Assembly: GCA_964016885.1 (NCBI GenBank) | Contig: OZ024740.1 | Coordinates: 68,262,001 to 68,326,000, forward strand | DNA length: 64,000 nt | Direction: 5' to 3' | From: Eledone cirrhosa | Lineage: Eukaryota | Shown here: positions 62,288-64,000 of the stretch, piece by piece | Layout of the letters: each line of letters opens with the position of its first letter | Numbering within the stretch: position 1 is the stretch's first letter | The notes under the pieces: generated by a model | Databases searched by the model: none | What the model was told of the DNA's origin: nothing | What the model saw: only the letters and a program-made list of their open reading frames with translations | Program-made: the position numbers and the translations under genes

Positions 62288-62322
62288 CCTCCGAAGAAGA
62301 GATATTATCTCGAAAATTAAGG
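62288..62322 (+). ncRNA. Minimal hammerhead motif in the pLTR (copies at 55628-55662 and 58753-58787, minus strand)
   Basis: cct-CCGAAGA-A-GAGATA-T-TATCTC-GAA-AATT-A-agg. Stem I cct/agg, stem II GAGATA/TATCTC, palindromic AATT in place of stem III. Confidence 0.65.
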
Positions 62323-62435
62323 ACATTTAAATAAATTCAAGGTGAAAGACGAATTCTCATCAATATCTCTCACTATTGCATTCTTTTTCTATGTCCATAT
62401 CTGCATTGTCTTGGCCTTATTACACATATTCTAAC

Positions 62436-62493
<58 letters not shown>

Positions 62494-62815
62494 CGTAAAA
62501 TAAGAAAATTTTTTAAAAAAATTAAAAAAAAATTAACTTACTTACTTAAATTTTCACTCCAACTAATTAGTTTCTGCAATGGGATAAAGACAGTTACGTA
62601 ATGAACTGTTGAGAATTTCATTGCGTCATCAGGGAGATCTATTCTCAGACAAGTCTCCAGGCAATGCGCGGACACTGGGGACTCATATAAAAATAATAAT
62701 AATTCGGTAAATGGAACAGCTATCGAGGACTGGATTCCAGGCACTGAAAATTCTCACTGCCACTGGTCATATGGCCGATTCTAAATTATCTAAATTATCT
62801 AAATTATCTAAATTA

Positions 62816-62927
<112 letters not shown>

Positions 62928-63263
62928 TGATGCTTTCTCACTTACTTTTGCGGACGTCCGACGTTTTTTTCTCGTCCACACCAATCTCGAACTAATGTTC
63001 AGTAATTGATGCTGACTTTAACTTTTTCTCTCTCTTCGAGTGGCTCACAAACATGTGGTTCGGGTTTCCATCGTTGGTTTGTTGTTTCCCGTTTCTTTTT
63101 GCTGTTTTATTTTTCTCTCTCTTCCTTTTTTCCCAAATAACTTCCTTGATTTATTGACGCACTGGGGTGAGACATATTTTCTTTAATGCCTTGAAATGCC
63201 CATGACCCCCAGCAGACTACTGATGAAGGAAGATGTTCTCCCGTTCTTGTTTTACTCTCATGC

Positions 63264-63306
<43 letters not shown>

Positions 63307-63308
<2 letters not shown>

Positions 63309-64000
63309 AACCAGTAAGACCCCGACGACTGAGCTCAAGCCGTTTCGACGGCTAATTCTGGACTAAATGAAAATTTAACCTGGTATTTAAATAGCCGAGC
63401 TTCTCAAGGGGTTATTCCATATATGGTCAAAGTGATTGTCAAAAGTCAGTAGTAATTCTGTGATTGCAAATTAGTAGGGGAGATGGTGGCTAAAGCTGCC
63501 AGTAGGAGAAAAAGGGAGGGCGTGGAGTAGACCCAATCATGCGTCGGTAGTGCCAGCTACAGCTGAGCATGAGGTCAAAGAAGATACTGGGGAGGGGGAG
63601 GGGGAGGAAGTCGGGACGGTAGGTAGAACAATGAGGGGTAAAAATATATATATGAAAGAAAAAAATACTGAGAGTGATGAAAAGCGAATAAATGTAAAGA
63701 AAAAAGTAAAGCAAGTTCTACGACCTAAGCCTCTAGCTATTGTTAGGCTAGATAAATAAATAAAGAAAGAAAGAAATAAAGAAATAACGAAATAAGTAAA
63801 TAAACTAGGTGGGACGGAATAGGCAAGGACCCTTTTAAGAGGTATAAGTACGTAAATCATACGGTGACGGGTCAACAAATGGGGCCAAAAAGCTAAAGAA
63901 ACTACCACGAAATAAATAATAAAGGTTTCTAACCCGGGCACAATGCCAGCAACCACCCAGTGCAGCAAAGTAAACTAGTACGAGATAATAATTCTGAGTC
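63307..64000 (-). mobile_element. PLE 3' end / pLTR (continues beyond the window)
   Basis: Terminates in (TA)n, carries a hammerhead-like fold, and is homologous to the 24804-24901 terminus. Confidence 0.6.
63319..63412 (-). ncRNA. Full three-stem hammerhead-like motif with variant core TTGAGAA
   Basis: acccc-TTGAGAAG..CGGCTA..TAGCCG-TC-GAAA-CGGCT..AGTCG-TC-ggggt. Stems I, II and III all pair; cleavage triplet GUC. Confidence 0.65.

Larger units (their letters stand above)
55468..62440. mobile_element. Young Penelope-like element: partial tandem on the minus strand (55468-60090) plus an inverted 5'-truncated copy on the plus strand (60118-62440), inserted in (TA)n
   Basis: Near-identical pLTR/3' UTR copies at 55468-56037, 58593-59161 and 61913-62440; (TA)n on both flanks. 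Confidence 0.95.

Overview
AT-rich animal genomic DNA, probably an octopus or other coleoid cephalopod. That call is inferred from octopus-type tRNA-derived SINE fragments and dense (TA)n/(CA)n/(TAA)n microsatellites. No host gene could be identified with confidence; recognisable content is almost all transposable elements. (1) 1-16821 is one (TAA)n microsatellite split by six non-LTR insertions: three copies of an R4/Dong-like RT+RLE family A, one full-length Tx1/L1-like APE+RT element and two copies of a second Dong-like family B. (2) Many Penelope-like elements (PLEs) sit in or beside (TA)n tracts. They range from a young 7-kb tandem-plus-inverted GIY-YIG element (55468-62440) down to 0.5-1 kb palindromes and a 41-bp hairpin. 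About 13 hammerhead-ribozyme-like motifs were read by eye in their 3' pLTRs, several with non-canonical cores. (3) Also present: a (CATA)n-associated RLE LINE with a decayed relative, an internally deleted mariner, and old RTE and Tx1 fragments. The best leads are the hammerhead-bearing palindromic mini-PLEs, a ~49-nt PLE tail motif shared by unrelated flanks, and an identical endonuclease-domain frameshift in two diverged Dong copies. All structures were paired manually and no searches or folding programs were run.
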